Positions 28,284-37,139 of a stretch of DNA of 54,798 bases are shown here, piece after piece. Origin of the DNA: Candidatus Dojkabacteria bacterium. GTDB lineage: Bacteria > Patescibacteriota > Dojkabacteria > JAFGLO01. The stretch spans positions 1 through 54,798 of the forward strand of contig DAOOWV010000002.1 of the NCBI GenBank assembly GCA_035371485.1, given 5' to 3'. The notes beneath the pieces were generated by a model, which was not told where the DNA came from, ran no database searches, and worked only from the letters and a program-made list of their open reading frames with translations. The position numbers and the translations under genes are program-made. How positions within the stretch are numbered: position 1 is the first letter of the stretch; each line of letters starts with the position of its first letter.

Positions 28284-29411
28284 TCACTTGTTTGGATGAA
28301 AATAAGCTCTAATTTTAACGGAATGCAAGCCAGTTGTTGGTCCACCATCTTCAACTGTTTCAAAACTACCATATTCATTAATTACCATTTTTTGTTCAGC
28401 AACCAAATATTGAGTAGGAATTTCTAAATACATCGCAAAAGAGTGTAGAAACATCCCCTCACCATCTCTTAAACCGTTTTTGCCGTATATAGGATCATTA
28501 AATATAGGAAACCCTATTTCCTTAAGAGTAGCTCTTATTTGATGAGTACGTCCGGTAACTAATTTAATTAAAAAAATCACCTTGTTTTCACCACGATACA
28601 TTGGAATTAACTCAAGCACCGCTGATTTGGCACGACTTGAAAAAGAAATATTTCTTTTTTCAAGTACAAAACGAAAAGAATCCCTCCCTTTTCTAAAAAT
28701 AAAACCATTAATTAAGTAATGGTTTTTATTTATTACTTTCACTCCTTCAATCGTTTTATTATTAAATTCAAGGTTATTATATTGTGAAGGATCAAATTCT
28801 TTAGTAATTTGTGAAAACATATCAGTAATGTTCTTACATACGTCAATATTTTTTACGTCGATGTAGTTATTATTGAGGTTACTAATTTCTGACAAAGCAA
28901 GATAATATTTACTGATTCTTCTCTTCTCAAAAAGTAATGCTAAATAGTCTGTAAGTAATCTATTTTTGGATACAATAACAATTCCGCTAGTATCTTTATC
29001 TAAACGATGAACAACACCCAAATCTCTATAACTTGTATTTTCTGAATATTTCTTATTTGGAAAAACATTCTGAATTAAAGTTCCTGTATAAACACCTGCG
29101 CCTGGATGCATAACCATACCAACTTTTTTATTTAATACAGTAAAGTTTGAATTCTCATAAATAATGTTTAACTTTGATTTATTATTCTCACTAGAATTTT
29201 GATTATTAAAAGGAAAAAGCAATTTATTCAAAATTACAAAATCAAATTGAATTTCTTCATTACCCTCAAGTAAGTGCGAAGGCTTAGAAATCTTAACTTT
29301 ATTAACCTTTACTCCACCATTCTTAATATAATTAATAACAGCTTCCCTACTAATTTCCTTTGTTTGCAATTTTTCCTTCAATATAGGAAGAATATACTTA
29401 TCAGCTCTCAT
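28284..29411 (-). CDS. RluA-family 23S rRNA pseudouridine synthase (RluD-like, with S4 domain)
   Basis: HRLDKDTSGIVIVSKN catalytic Asp motif and GRTHQIRATLKEIGFPIFNDPIYG. Confidence 0.85.
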   Translation of the reverse strand: MRADKYILPILKEKLQTKEISREAVINYIKNGGVKVNKVKISKPSHLLEGNEEIQFDFVILNKLLFPFNNQNSSENNKSKLNIIYENSNFTVLNKKVGMVMHPGAGVYTGTLIQNVFPNKKYSENTSYRDLGVVHRLDKDTSGIVIVSKNRLLTDYLALLFEKRRISKYYLALSEISNLNNNYIDVKNIDVCKNITDMFSQITKEFDPSQYNNLEFNNKTIEGVKVINKNHYLINGFIFRKGRDSFRFVLEKRNISFSSRAKSAVLELIPMYRGENKVIFLIKLVTGRTHQIRATLKEIGFPIFNDPIYGKNGLRDGEGMFLHSFAMYLEIPTQYLVAEQKMVINEYGSFETVEDGGPTTGLHSVKIRAYFHPNK

Positions 29412-30176
29412 TTATTTCCAATCCTTCATTCTAATATCTACTGGGGTACTATCATCCTTAATTTTACTTACTTCAACAATTAAAAAGATGTTCCAAACAA
29501 CAAATGCTATTAGAAATACAAATATATAAATGAAATCAAGGTGTTCAATATTAAAAATATAAGTCAATATAGCTAAAATAAAAAACAAAAACAAGTTCGA
29601 AATCTGAATATAACGGATTCTTGGCCTATTTTTTCTATTTACAATAGTATAAATAACGTAAGAGACGAGTAAAAGAAATACACATACAAGTATAACAATA
29701 AATCCTATACTCATAGAACTTCTGTTCCACCATGATAATATTCCCATATATAATAAAAGCCAACACATAAAAAATCTGTTAAAAAAATATAGAGATTTTC
29801 TTAATGAAAATTGATATTTCTTTTTAGAAAAACTGACATGTAATAACATCGTAACCATAAGAAGCCACACCAATTCTGTTCCATCCCACAAGTTAATAAA
29901 TTTGTAAGGGAAGAAATTAAACATTTCATTTACTGGAGATCTTATTGAAAATCGCCATTCAATTGCCCCATAATTTCCCAGATGAAATAAGATATAAAGA
30001 GTTCTTCCAATTATTAAAGCAATCAAAAATGAAAAAAGAAGACTATCAAGATATTGATATTTCCTAACATTCTTTGTATTTGTAAATCCAACATATAAAA
30101 CAATAAATGAGAAAAAAAACGCAACAGCCAATGAAATAAGAAGTGCAGAAAAATCTCTACCTCCGACAAAAATCAT
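29412..30176 (-). CDS. Polytopic membrane protein, unknown
   Basis: 254-aa hydrophobic ORF that abuts the rluD-like start with no spacer. Confidence 0.55.
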   Translation of the reverse strand: MIFVGGRDFSALLISLAVAFFFSFIVLYVGFTNTKNVRKYQYLDSLLFSFLIALIIGRTLYILFHLGNYGAIEWRFSIRSPVNEMFNFFPYKFINLWDGTELVWLLMVTMLLHVSFSKKKYQFSLRKSLYFFNRFFMCWLLLYMGILSWWNRSSMSIGFIVILVCVFLLLVSYVIYTIVNRKNRPRIRYIQISNLFLFFILAILTYIFNIEHLDFIYIFVFLIAFVVWNIFLIVEVSKIKDDSTPVDIRMKDWK

Positions 30177-30201
30177 AAAAAAAAGAATTAACTAAACTAC
30201 G

Positions 30202-30912
30202 TCACTTTTTCTTTCCAATACTAGAAAACATCTTCTTCATTTCTTCAACTCCACTCTTTAATCGCTGTTTAAACTTTTCAAAGTTACTTTTTAACTCTTG
30301 CCACATTTTCTTAAACGGTTCTTTAATAAGAATCCTTTTTCTTTCAAGCTTAGAAGTATTTTTTACCTTTTTTACATCATTATTTGCTACAGATGGGATA
30401 GACTTTTCTGTTTCCACTGTTATTTTGTTTTCATTTTTTTTCACTTCAGATTGATCTTCAGGTACAAAAGAATACCCGCATTGTGAACAAAAAGAATTGT
30501 AGTATGGAGAATATGTTCCACATTTAGGACATTGTTTCCTTAGTTTAGATCCACAATATCTGCAAAATATATTTTCAGACTCATTAATTTTTTTACAGTT
30601 ATAACATTCCATTACTGAAAGAGATTCAGAAAATAAAGCTTTTTTCTCTAAATCTATATAATACTTCTCATCAAGGGAATATTTGTTTCTTAAAACCAAA
30701 TACAAAAATAGTCCAATTAAGGGGACCATCCCTATTAAAGTCAATAGTACAATACTCCAGAACTCTTTATACCTTCTACCAGCATCAATTCTAATCCAAA
30801 TTGCAACTAGAATCCATTGTAAAAAAAGTAAAGCAAAGACATAAAACGCAACAACATATATATTCTCAGCTACCCATTCAATACTACTTACGATTATTTT
30901 TTCGTCAATCAT
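30202..30912 (-). CDS. Membrane protein with PLDc_N-like N-terminus and double zinc ribbon
   Basis: WIRIDAGRRYKEFWSIVLLTLIGMVPLIGLFLYLVLR, then CYNCKK...CRYCG...CPKCG...CSQCG. Confidence 0.6.
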   Translation of the reverse strand: MIDEKIIVSSIEWVAENIYVVAFYVFALLFLQWILVAIWIRIDAGRRYKEFWSIVLLTLIGMVPLIGLFLYLVLRNKYSLDEKYYIDLEKKALFSESLSVMECYNCKKINESENIFCRYCGSKLRKQCPKCGTYSPYYNSFCSQCGYSFVPEDQSEVKKNENKITVETEKSIPSVANNDVKKVKNTSKLERKRILIKEPFKKMWQELKSNFEKFKQRLKSGVEEMKKMFSSIGKKK

Positions 30913-31040
30913 TTTATTATTTTATAACTAAAATGTTTTACCAGTAATCACTTTTCGTTCTAAAACAACTCTATTCTAAAAAAAACAATTCCCTGTCGTT
31001 GCTAAAGCTTCAACAGACAAGCCGGCTTGAACGAATTAAC

Positions 31041-31075
31041 TTTTCACCTTTCACTTTTCATTTTTCACTTGTAAT
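31041..31075. repeat. Heptamer array TTTTCAC x4
   Basis: ttttcac ctttcac ttttcat ttttcac ttgtaat. Confidence 0.8.
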
Positions 31076-31076
31076 C

Positions 31077-31159
31077 TGCCGAAGGAGCTCGCACCTTACA
31101 CGAGCTGAACACGAGTTATGTTAACTCGTAATTCTAAAGAAACGATTCCCTCATTCGGC
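31077..31159 (-). other. tRNA-Leu-derived acceptor/T-arm-like element with internal hairpins
   Basis: The minus strand reads GCCGAATGAGGG...[ACGAGTT-AACAT-AACTCGT; AGCTCG-TGTAAGGTG-CGAGCT]...CTCCTTCGGCA. The 16-nt TAATCTGCCGAAGGAG at 31072-31087 exactly repeats 31181-31196, which is the tRNA-Leu 3' end plus flank. Confidence 0.5.
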
Positions 31160-31185
31160 AACCTCTTTTTCTCAACTCAATAATC

Positions 31186-31269
31186 TGCCGAAGGAGGGAA
31201 TCGAACCCTCACCCACTTGCGTGGACGGGATTTTGAGTCCCGCGTGTATACCAATTCCACCACTTCGGC
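31186..31269 (-). tRNA. tRNA-Leu (anticodon CAA), class II
   Basis: Acceptor GCCGAAG/CTTCGGC. D arm with GGAATTGGTATAC. Anticodon arm CGGGA-CTCAAAA-TCCCG. Long variable arm TCCACGCAAGTGGGT. T arm GAGGG-TTCGATT-CCCTC. Discriminator A. Confidence 0.85.
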
Positions 31270-31449
31270 GTGGTTTATTTATTTATTTGTTACGCCTTTG
31301 TGGTGAAAATTTAAGGTGTATACCCTGCCTTGACTTACGTTTCGGCAGATTCACAACCATGTTAGCAACTTCGTTGCTACAGGGTTGGAACAATTCCACC
31401 ACTCCCGCCTGCCTGTCCTTAATTACAATTGTCTGGCGGGCAGGTCGGC
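31270..31449 (-). other. tRNA-Leu-like 5' portion interrupted by two large structured inserts
   Basis: Minus-strand blocks GCCGA (31449-31445), AGTGGTGGAATTG (31403-31391, identical to 31264-31252) and GTATACAC (31323-31316, identical to 31251-31244) keep tRNA order. They are split by a 41-nt GC-rich insert and a 67-nt insert. A degenerate CTTAAAT (UAA-like) segment follows. Confidence 0.5.
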
Positions 31450-31479
31450 CCTCAATAAATAATAATTAATACCCACCCT

Positions 31480-31514
31480 CTATCAATTCTTACATATCAA
31501 CTATCACTTATCAT
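31480..31514. repeat. Heptamer array NTATCAN
   Basis: ctatcaa ttcttac atatcaa ctatcac ttatcat. Confidence 0.65.
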
Positions 31515-31547
31515 GTAATTATTTACAAAGGATTTTACCACATTCCG

Positions 31548-32858
31548 TTAATTTTTGTATATATTCTTGAAACTTGCAAGTTCCTTTACAAAAGCCACTT
31601 CAACTTCACCTATTGGACCATTTCTGTGCTTAGCAACAATAATATCTGCAATTCCTTTTTTTTCAGTATCTGGAACATAAAGTTCTTCTCTATGAATAAA
31701 CATTACAACATCAGCATCCTGTTCAATTGATCCTGAATCACGTAAATCTGAAAGCTGTGGTCTTCGGTCACTTCTTGATTCGACCCCTCTTGAAAGCTGA
31801 GATAACGCAACAACTGGTACTGAAAGTTCCCTAGCAAGATTTTTAAGCCCCATTGATACTTCAGCAATCTCCTGAACTCTATTTTCTAAACCTCTACTTC
31901 GTAAAAGCTGTAAATAGTCAACAACTATAAAATCTACTCCTACCTCAGAATGCAATCTTCTCGCTTTTGCCCTAAGTTCCATGACAGACTGTCCAGGTTT
32001 ATCGTCAATATATATTGATGCATCAGCCAATCTACCAAAAGCATTTCCCAATTTCTGAAACATCTCATCAGATAATTTCCCTGTATGCAAATCCCACATA
32101 CTAACTTCCGCCAACATAGACAATAACCTATCAATAATCTGCATTCTTGACATTTCCAATGAAAAAATACCCACCTTCTTTTTTTGTTCTATTGATGCAT
32201 TAAGTGCAAACCCCAAAGCACACGCCGATTTACCAACTGAAGGACGTGCAGCTAAAATTACCAAATCTGAAGGCTGAAATCCTCCCAAAATTGCGTCTAA
32301 ACCCTTTAATCCTGACCTTATACCATCAAAATCTTTATTTTGATCAAGTTTCTCTGCTCGTTCATAAGCCTCTTTAAGGAGATCTTTAATGTGAATAAAT
32401 CTATCTCCAACTCTTTCTTGAGATATTGAAAACAGTCCTTGTTCGGCTTCATCCAGTACAACTGCAACTTCTTTATTCTCTTCAAAAGCCAATTCTTCAA
32501 TTTTGGATGCTGCAGATATCAATTTTCTTCTTATACTAAGCTCTTTAACGATCGTTGCATATTCCTGAGCATGAGCTGCAGTAGGAACTGAACTAGCAAC
32601 TTCACTTAAGTATTCAACTCCTCCAATAGCTTTTAACTGTTTACGCTTTCTTAAATGGTCCGCAAGCGTCATTATATCAATAGAAATTCCTTGATCCAAC
32701 AAATCAATTATACTCTCATAAATTGTTCTATGTCTGCTATCATACCAGTGTTCCGGAAGTAATATTTCAGCAGCAGTCAAAATTGCATCTTTATCAAGCA
32801 AAAATGATCCAATTAAGGAAGCTTCAATTTCTACGTTATGTGGAGGAATTTTATCCAT
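31548..32858 (-). CDS. dnaB: Replicative DNA helicase DnaB
   Basis: IPPHNVEIEASLIGSFLLD N-terminus, Walker A ARPSVGKSACALG, and IVVDYLQLL and SQLSR motifs. Confidence 0.95.
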   Translation of the reverse strand: MDKIPPHNVEIEASLIGSFLLDKDAILTAAEILLPEHWYDSRHRTIYESIIDLLDQGISIDIMTLADHLRKRKQLKAIGGVEYLSEVASSVPTAAHAQEYATIVKELSIRRKLISAASKIEELAFEENKEVAVVLDEAEQGLFSISQERVGDRFIHIKDLLKEAYERAEKLDQNKDFDGIRSGLKGLDAILGGFQPSDLVILAARPSVGKSACALGFALNASIEQKKKVGIFSLEMSRMQIIDRLLSMLAEVSMWDLHTGKLSDEMFQKLGNAFGRLADASIYIDDKPGQSVMELRAKARRLHSEVGVDFIVVDYLQLLRSRGLENRVQEIAEVSMGLKNLARELSVPVVALSQLSRGVESRSDRRPQLSDLRDSGSIEQDADVVMFIHREELYVPDTEKKGIADIIVAKHRNGPIGEVEVAFVKELASFKNIYKN

Positions 32859-32862
32859 TATT

Positions 32863-33405
32863 TTATGATATTAAGAAGTAAAAACTCTTTTTGTCCTTAA
32901 TCTTAGCACTAATATCAACTTTTTTCACAGTACTTAGCTCTTTTCCCCTCGTAACTTCATTTATCCATGCAGGTACTTCTGTCCCCTCCCTCAGCAAGAA
33001 AACAATTGCTCCAGTATCGATTGAGTCTATTCTTTTTTTTATCGAATCCAAATCCACAATAGAATCAACTGGAATCACAAACACATCAATATCTGAAGAT
33101 ATTTTTCTAAAAGCATCATCAATATCTAAAGCATTATCAACAAATAAGACTTGTATTTCATCAAAATTTAAAAGATAAAAACATTCCTTTTCACCTTTAT
33201 TTCCAATTACAAGTACGTCACCTATTTCCCATTCTCCTTCACCTGAAATATGAAAACGTCCTTCTCTCTTAATAATTCCTTCTTCTTTCTCTGGAAATAA
33301 TACAACGGAGCTTTCACCAAATTCTTTACTTTCAGTAATTAGTCCCAATACGTTAATACCGTTTTTATTCATAATTACACCACTTGCAATCCTACTCAAC
33401 TTCAT
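32863..33405 (-). CDS. Hypothetical protein (180 aa)
   Basis: ORF immediately upstream of dnaB on the same strand. No motif recognised, and the start is uncertain (an internal ATG gives MNKNGINV). Confidence 0.5.
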   Translation of the reverse strand: MKLSRIASGVIMNKNGINVLGLITESKEFGESSVVLFPEKEEGIIKREGRFHISGEGEWEIGDVLVIGNKGEKECFYLLNFDEIQVLFVDNALDIDDAFRKISSDIDVFVIPVDSIVDLDSIKKRIDSIDTGAIVFLLREGTEVPAWINEVTRGKELSTVKKVDISAKIKDKKSFYFLIS

Positions 33406-33479
33406 ACAAATATCACGTAAAATTATACCCTTGTATGATACATTAACTGACGATCGAATGCAAACTTTTCAGAAAGGGA

Positions 33480-33737
33480 CTATTTCATTATTTGAAAAGC
33501 CTTTTTAATCTCTTCGAGAATATTTTGCCTAACCTGTTCCTGTACAATTTCAACCTTTATACTTTGAATTGCAGATATTACCGCCTGTAACTGAACTAAA
33601 ACTTGATTTAATGGTTTTCCCTCATCAATCATTCTTTTAACAGCATCTAATTGACCACTAGCCCTACTAAACCTCTGCATAATTTTATCTTTTTCTTTTC
33701 CGTCAAATACAACCTCATTGTTTACTACATCGTCCAT
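33480..33737 (-). CDS. CsoR/RcnR/FrmR-family (DUF156) repressor-like protein lacking Cys and His
   Basis: RFSRASGQLDAVKRMIDEGKPLNQVLVQLQAVISAIQS follows the family helix pattern (RIxGQxxGxxRMI...QxxAV). The 85-aa sequence contains no C or H. Confidence 0.6.
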   Translation of the reverse strand: MDDVVNNEVVFDGKEKDKIMQRFSRASGQLDAVKRMIDEGKPLNQVLVQLQAVISAIQSIKVEIVQEQVRQNILEEIKKAFQIMK

Positions 33738-33875
33738 TTTATAAATTAATAATTAATATACCCAGCATTTATACCCTACCAGGTATTGCAAGGATTATAT
33801 TCAAATACTCTTCAGTTGTCAAATTTAATTTTTTATGTAATAATCATGTCCTGAAATAAAATTAAAAATAATACA

Positions 33876-34136
33876 ATGAAAAAGAACGTCCATCCTAAAA
33901 CCATTGCTGGCCATAAAGTTGTTTGCACCTGTGGAGCAACTTATACTATCAACTCAACTTCTACAACTATTCCTCAAGTTGACACCTGTTGGAAATGTCA
34001 CCCTGCTTGGACCAAGCAATTTGAAGCTGCATCCAACCGAGGAGACAGAATGACAAGGTTTAAAGAACAAATGCTTAAGACTCAACAAAAACAGAAGGAA
34101 ATTCAGAAAAATGCCAAGTCAACAAAAAAAGATTAA
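33876..34136 (+). CDS. rpmE: 50S ribosomal protein L31
   Basis: MKKNVHPKT...VVCTCGATYTINST...VDTCWKCHPAWT matches L31. It has a Lys-rich C-terminal tail. Confidence 0.9.
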   Translation: MKKNVHPKTIAGHKVVCTCGATYTINSTSTTIPQVDTCWKCHPAWTKQFEAASNRGDRMTRFKEQMLKTQQKQKEIQKNAKSTKKD

Positions 34137-34938
34137 CTCCCCTTCATCAGCAATCATTAATCAAATACTGAATCTTGATATTTCTACATACGAAAAGAAT
34201 CTTCTATTAAATACTAATAAAAAGCTTACTCCCTCTATTATTAATAAAATCTCAAAGGGATTTCCTGTTGAATACGCTGTCAACAAAACAATTTGGTATG
34301 GAGTTCATTTTTATGTTAACTCGAGCGTTTTAATTCCACGTCACGAAACTGAACAAGTAGTTGAAATTGTTAATTCCCAAGTAAGTCCCAAAGAGAAATA
34401 TGTATTTCTTGATATCGGAACTGGTAGTGGTGCAATAATTATTACTCTCGCTAAAACAATAAAGCAAAATCCTGATTATTGTTTTATTGGAAGCGACATC
34501 TCTCCCAAAGCAATAAAAGTTTCACAAACTAATAAAGAACTTCACATTACACCTTTAAACAATAATGTAAGCTTTTATACAGGCTCTTTGATTCACACTC
34601 AGCTCAAAAATCTGTTACTTGAAAAATATAAAGAATACAAACTGATAATTATTGCCAATTTACCATATCTATCATCTCAAGATGCCACTGTTAGTAGCAA
34701 AGTTAAAAAACATGAACCGCACCTTGCATTATTTGCAAAAAACGATGGCCTTTATTTATATCAAAAGCTCTTCAAACAAATATTAAGATACAAAATACCA
34801 TTTCATTCAATTATTTTAGAAATTGATGCAGAAAAAGCTAATAATTTTATAAAAGTTTGTAAGCAATTCTTTCCCAATAATAAAATATCATTTACTAAGG
34901 ACATCAATTTAAAAAACCGATTCATAACAATTACCTAA
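34111..34938 (+). CDS. prmC: Release-factor glutamine N5-methyltransferase PrmC/HemK-like
   Basis: SAM motif LDIGTGSGAIIITLA. The motif IV position reads IIANLPYL (NLPY instead of NPPY). Confidence 0.75.
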   Translation: MPSQQKKINSPSSAIINQILNLDISTYEKNLLLNTNKKLTPSIINKISKGFPVEYAVNKTIWYGVHFYVNSSVLIPRHETEQVVEIVNSQVSPKEKYVFLDIGTGSGAIIITLAKTIKQNPDYCFIGSDISPKAIKVSQTNKELHITPLNNNVSFYTGSLIHTQLKNLLLEKYKEYKLIIIANLPYLSSQDATVSSKVKKHEPHLALFAKNDGLYLYQKLFKQILRYKIPFHSIILEIDAEKANNFIKVCKQFFPNNKISFTKDINLKNRFITIT

Positions 34939-35066
34939 GACCAAACTTCATCATTCAAAACAGTTCTATTCAACAACCCAATCACTTTTACGTCCGCCAT
35001 TGCGGACACCAACTCCTTGTGTTAAAATACACCAACTCAAATATTTAATTTAATCTCAAAAATCGT

Positions 35067-35816
35067 ATGACAACAGTGGACAACCTTTCTCTGTTTGGAC
35101 TAAATGAAAACGAGATTTTAATATACCGTAAAGTTCACGCAATCGGACACGCTACGGTCTTACAGTTAAGTAAAGAAACAGGAATAAAAAGAACCACAGT
35201 ATATCGTACTATTGAAAAACTTAAAAAGAAAGGGTTCGTCTATGAGTTTGGAGTTAATGAAAGCAAAAGAATTGCAACAACACCATTGTCGGTACTTGAC
35301 GAAAAGATTAGAAAAAGAGAGTTGAAAATACTTAGGATGAAAAACGCCCTTGCTCCAGTTCTTCGTGAACTTACAACCTCATCACAAGAAAATAGCAAAA
35401 TAAGCTCAAATAAAACTTATACTGGAAGTGAAGGTGTTAAGAAAGTGTTTGAATATTTGCTCAACGATATTTCTACAGAAATAATAACAATACACAGCCA
35501 AAATCATAATATATTCCCTATTTTTGAATTTGAAACTGCTGAATTATTTTGGAACACATGCCTTACTCAAAAAGTTAAAATAAAACACCATCTATCAGAA
35601 AACATTCCTTTGGTATGGACGAATACTGAAATTATTAATAGTAAATTGTATCGGGAACTTCTTCATCCCAATGCACCAGAAATTCTTAAAAACTGCACAA
35701 TAATTGTAAGAAATAATGAAACAATTATTATTGATTGGAGCAATAATATCATTCAAGCACAAATAATACAAAATAAGGGATTGAGTAAACTTATTGAATT
35801 TTATTCAAACAATTAG
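35067..35816 (+). CDS. TrmB-family HTH transcriptional regulator
   Basis: The N-terminus LFGLNENEILIYRKVHAIGHATVLQLSKETGIKRTTVYRTIEKLKKKGFV is a TrmB-type winged helix. Confidence 0.7.
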   Translation: MTTVDNLSLFGLNENEILIYRKVHAIGHATVLQLSKETGIKRTTVYRTIEKLKKKGFVYEFGVNESKRIATTPLSVLDEKIRKRELKILRMKNALAPVLRELTTSSQENSKISSNKTYTGSEGVKKVFEYLLNDISTEIITIHSQNHNIFPIFEFETAELFWNTCLTQKVKIKHHLSENIPLVWTNTEIINSKLYRELLHPNAPEILKNCTIIVRNNETIIIDWSNNIIQAQIIQNKGLSKLIEFYSNN

Positions 35817-35820
35817 TCCT

Positions 35821-37005
35821 CTAATCAAATTCACTTATGCTTGCCAATGTAGCCTGAAGTTCGATATATTTCCCCTCTCTAAATACTTCCAATTTTACAA
35901 TGTCACCTACTTTTCCTTTTTGAATAAGAAAATTTAGATTACCTTCAACGGCTGTATCATCAACTTGAGTAATAATATCTCCAACCACAATCCCGGCTTT
36001 TTCAGCTGGACTTCCTGATACGACTTCAGTGACTAATGCTCCTTCAACAAGGTTTTTATCAAACAAAACGTCAAAAGAATCTATTGGATTATATACAACT
36101 CCAAGAAATGGAAATTCAAAACGACCATATTTTTTATACTCTTCTACTCTTTCCTTGACGATTTTAGACGAAATACAAAAACCGATATTATCAACATACA
36201 TCATTCTTAGAAAATTGACTCCAATTACTTCACCGCTTAAATTTAACAGAGGACCACCTGAGTTACCTGGATTAATAGCGGCATCAGTCTGAATCACATC
36301 TTCGTAAACTATTTCAACACCAGAAGAATAGTAACTTATTTCACGATTTTTACCACTTACTACTCCAGTGGTAACAGTATCTGTAAATTCACCTAGTGCA
36401 GATCCAATTGCCAAAACTTCTTCACCAACAAGAACCTCATCGGAATTTCCAAAACGAAGTGCATGCAATTTTGTTTCACCTGGATCCACTTTAATAATTG
36501 CAATATCATTAACTTGATCAAGAATTATATCCTGGGGAGTAAACCTTGTTCCATCTCTTAAAATAACAACATATTCATAATCAGGATATTCTACCACATG
36601 ATGATTTGTAACTATTATTCCACTTTCATCAACGACAAAACCACTTCCTATATTGGCTTCTTGTTCATCACGCTCTTTATACCTATTATCATTAATAGCT
36701 ATAGTAACAACACCATCCCTTACATCATCAACTACGTTTATAAACCTACTTTTATCTACATTGTCAACCGTACTTTTACAAACCAAACAACCGTCAGAGG
36801 TTACTTCAGTTCCATTACCGTTTATATCAATTATACCTTTGTTTTCAAGCCATTTTTTACCTACGATTCCAAGATAAATTCCTAGTATAAAAACAATAAT
36901 CAAAATAATAATTGCCAAACAGCCAAAGATAACTATCTTTACATTTTTTTTCTTTTTCACTGGTAAGTTTTTTTCAACTTTTTTTTCAGTAATCTTTTCT
37001 TCCAT
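35821..37005 (-). CDS. HtrA/DegP-type serine protease with PDZ domain
   Basis: Catalytic triad contexts TNHHVV, DIAIIKV and GNSGGPLLN. PDZ-like C-terminus and N-terminal TM anchor. Confidence 0.9.
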   Translation of the reverse strand: MEEKITEKKVEKNLPVKKKKNVKIVIFGCLAIIILIIVFILGIYLGIVGKKWLENKGIIDINGNGTEVTSDGCLVCKSTVDNVDKSRFINVVDDVRDGVVTIAINDNRYKERDEQEANIGSGFVVDESGIIVTNHHVVEYPDYEYVVILRDGTRFTPQDIILDQVNDIAIIKVDPGETKLHALRFGNSDEVLVGEEVLAIGSALGEFTDTVTTGVVSGKNREISYYSSGVEIVYEDVIQTDAAINPGNSGGPLLNLSGEVIGVNFLRMMYVDNIGFCISSKIVKERVEEYKKYGRFEFPFLGVVYNPIDSFDVLFDKNLVEGALVTEVVSGSPAEKAGIVVGDIITQVDDTAVEGNLNFLIQKGKVGDIVKLEVFREGKYIELQATLASISEFD

Positions 37006-37057
37006 TATGAATAAGTAAAATTATATTTATAAGATAAAGCGATTGCACCTTTAAATA

Positions 37058-37131
37058 CACGCTTGGGGGGAATCGAACCTCCAACCCCCACTTCCGCAAA
37101 GTGGTGCTCTATCCAATTGAGCTACAAGCGC
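37058..37131 (-). tRNA. tRNA-Arg (anticodon GCG)
   Basis: It shares its acceptor and D arm with the tRNA at 3047 (GCGCTTGTAGCTCAATTGGATAGAGC). Anticodon arm CCACT-TTGCGGA-AGTGG. The T arm GGAGG-TTCGATT-CCCCC has one A.C mismatch. Discriminator G. Confidence 0.75.
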
Positions 37132-37139
37132 AAAATTAT

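Noticed and set aside
31221-31469. 82-aa plus-strand ORF across the tRNA-Leu region.
   Set aside because: It overlaps the tRNA-Leu gene and the tRNA-derived mosaic. The GC-rich RNA helices there explain the open frame.
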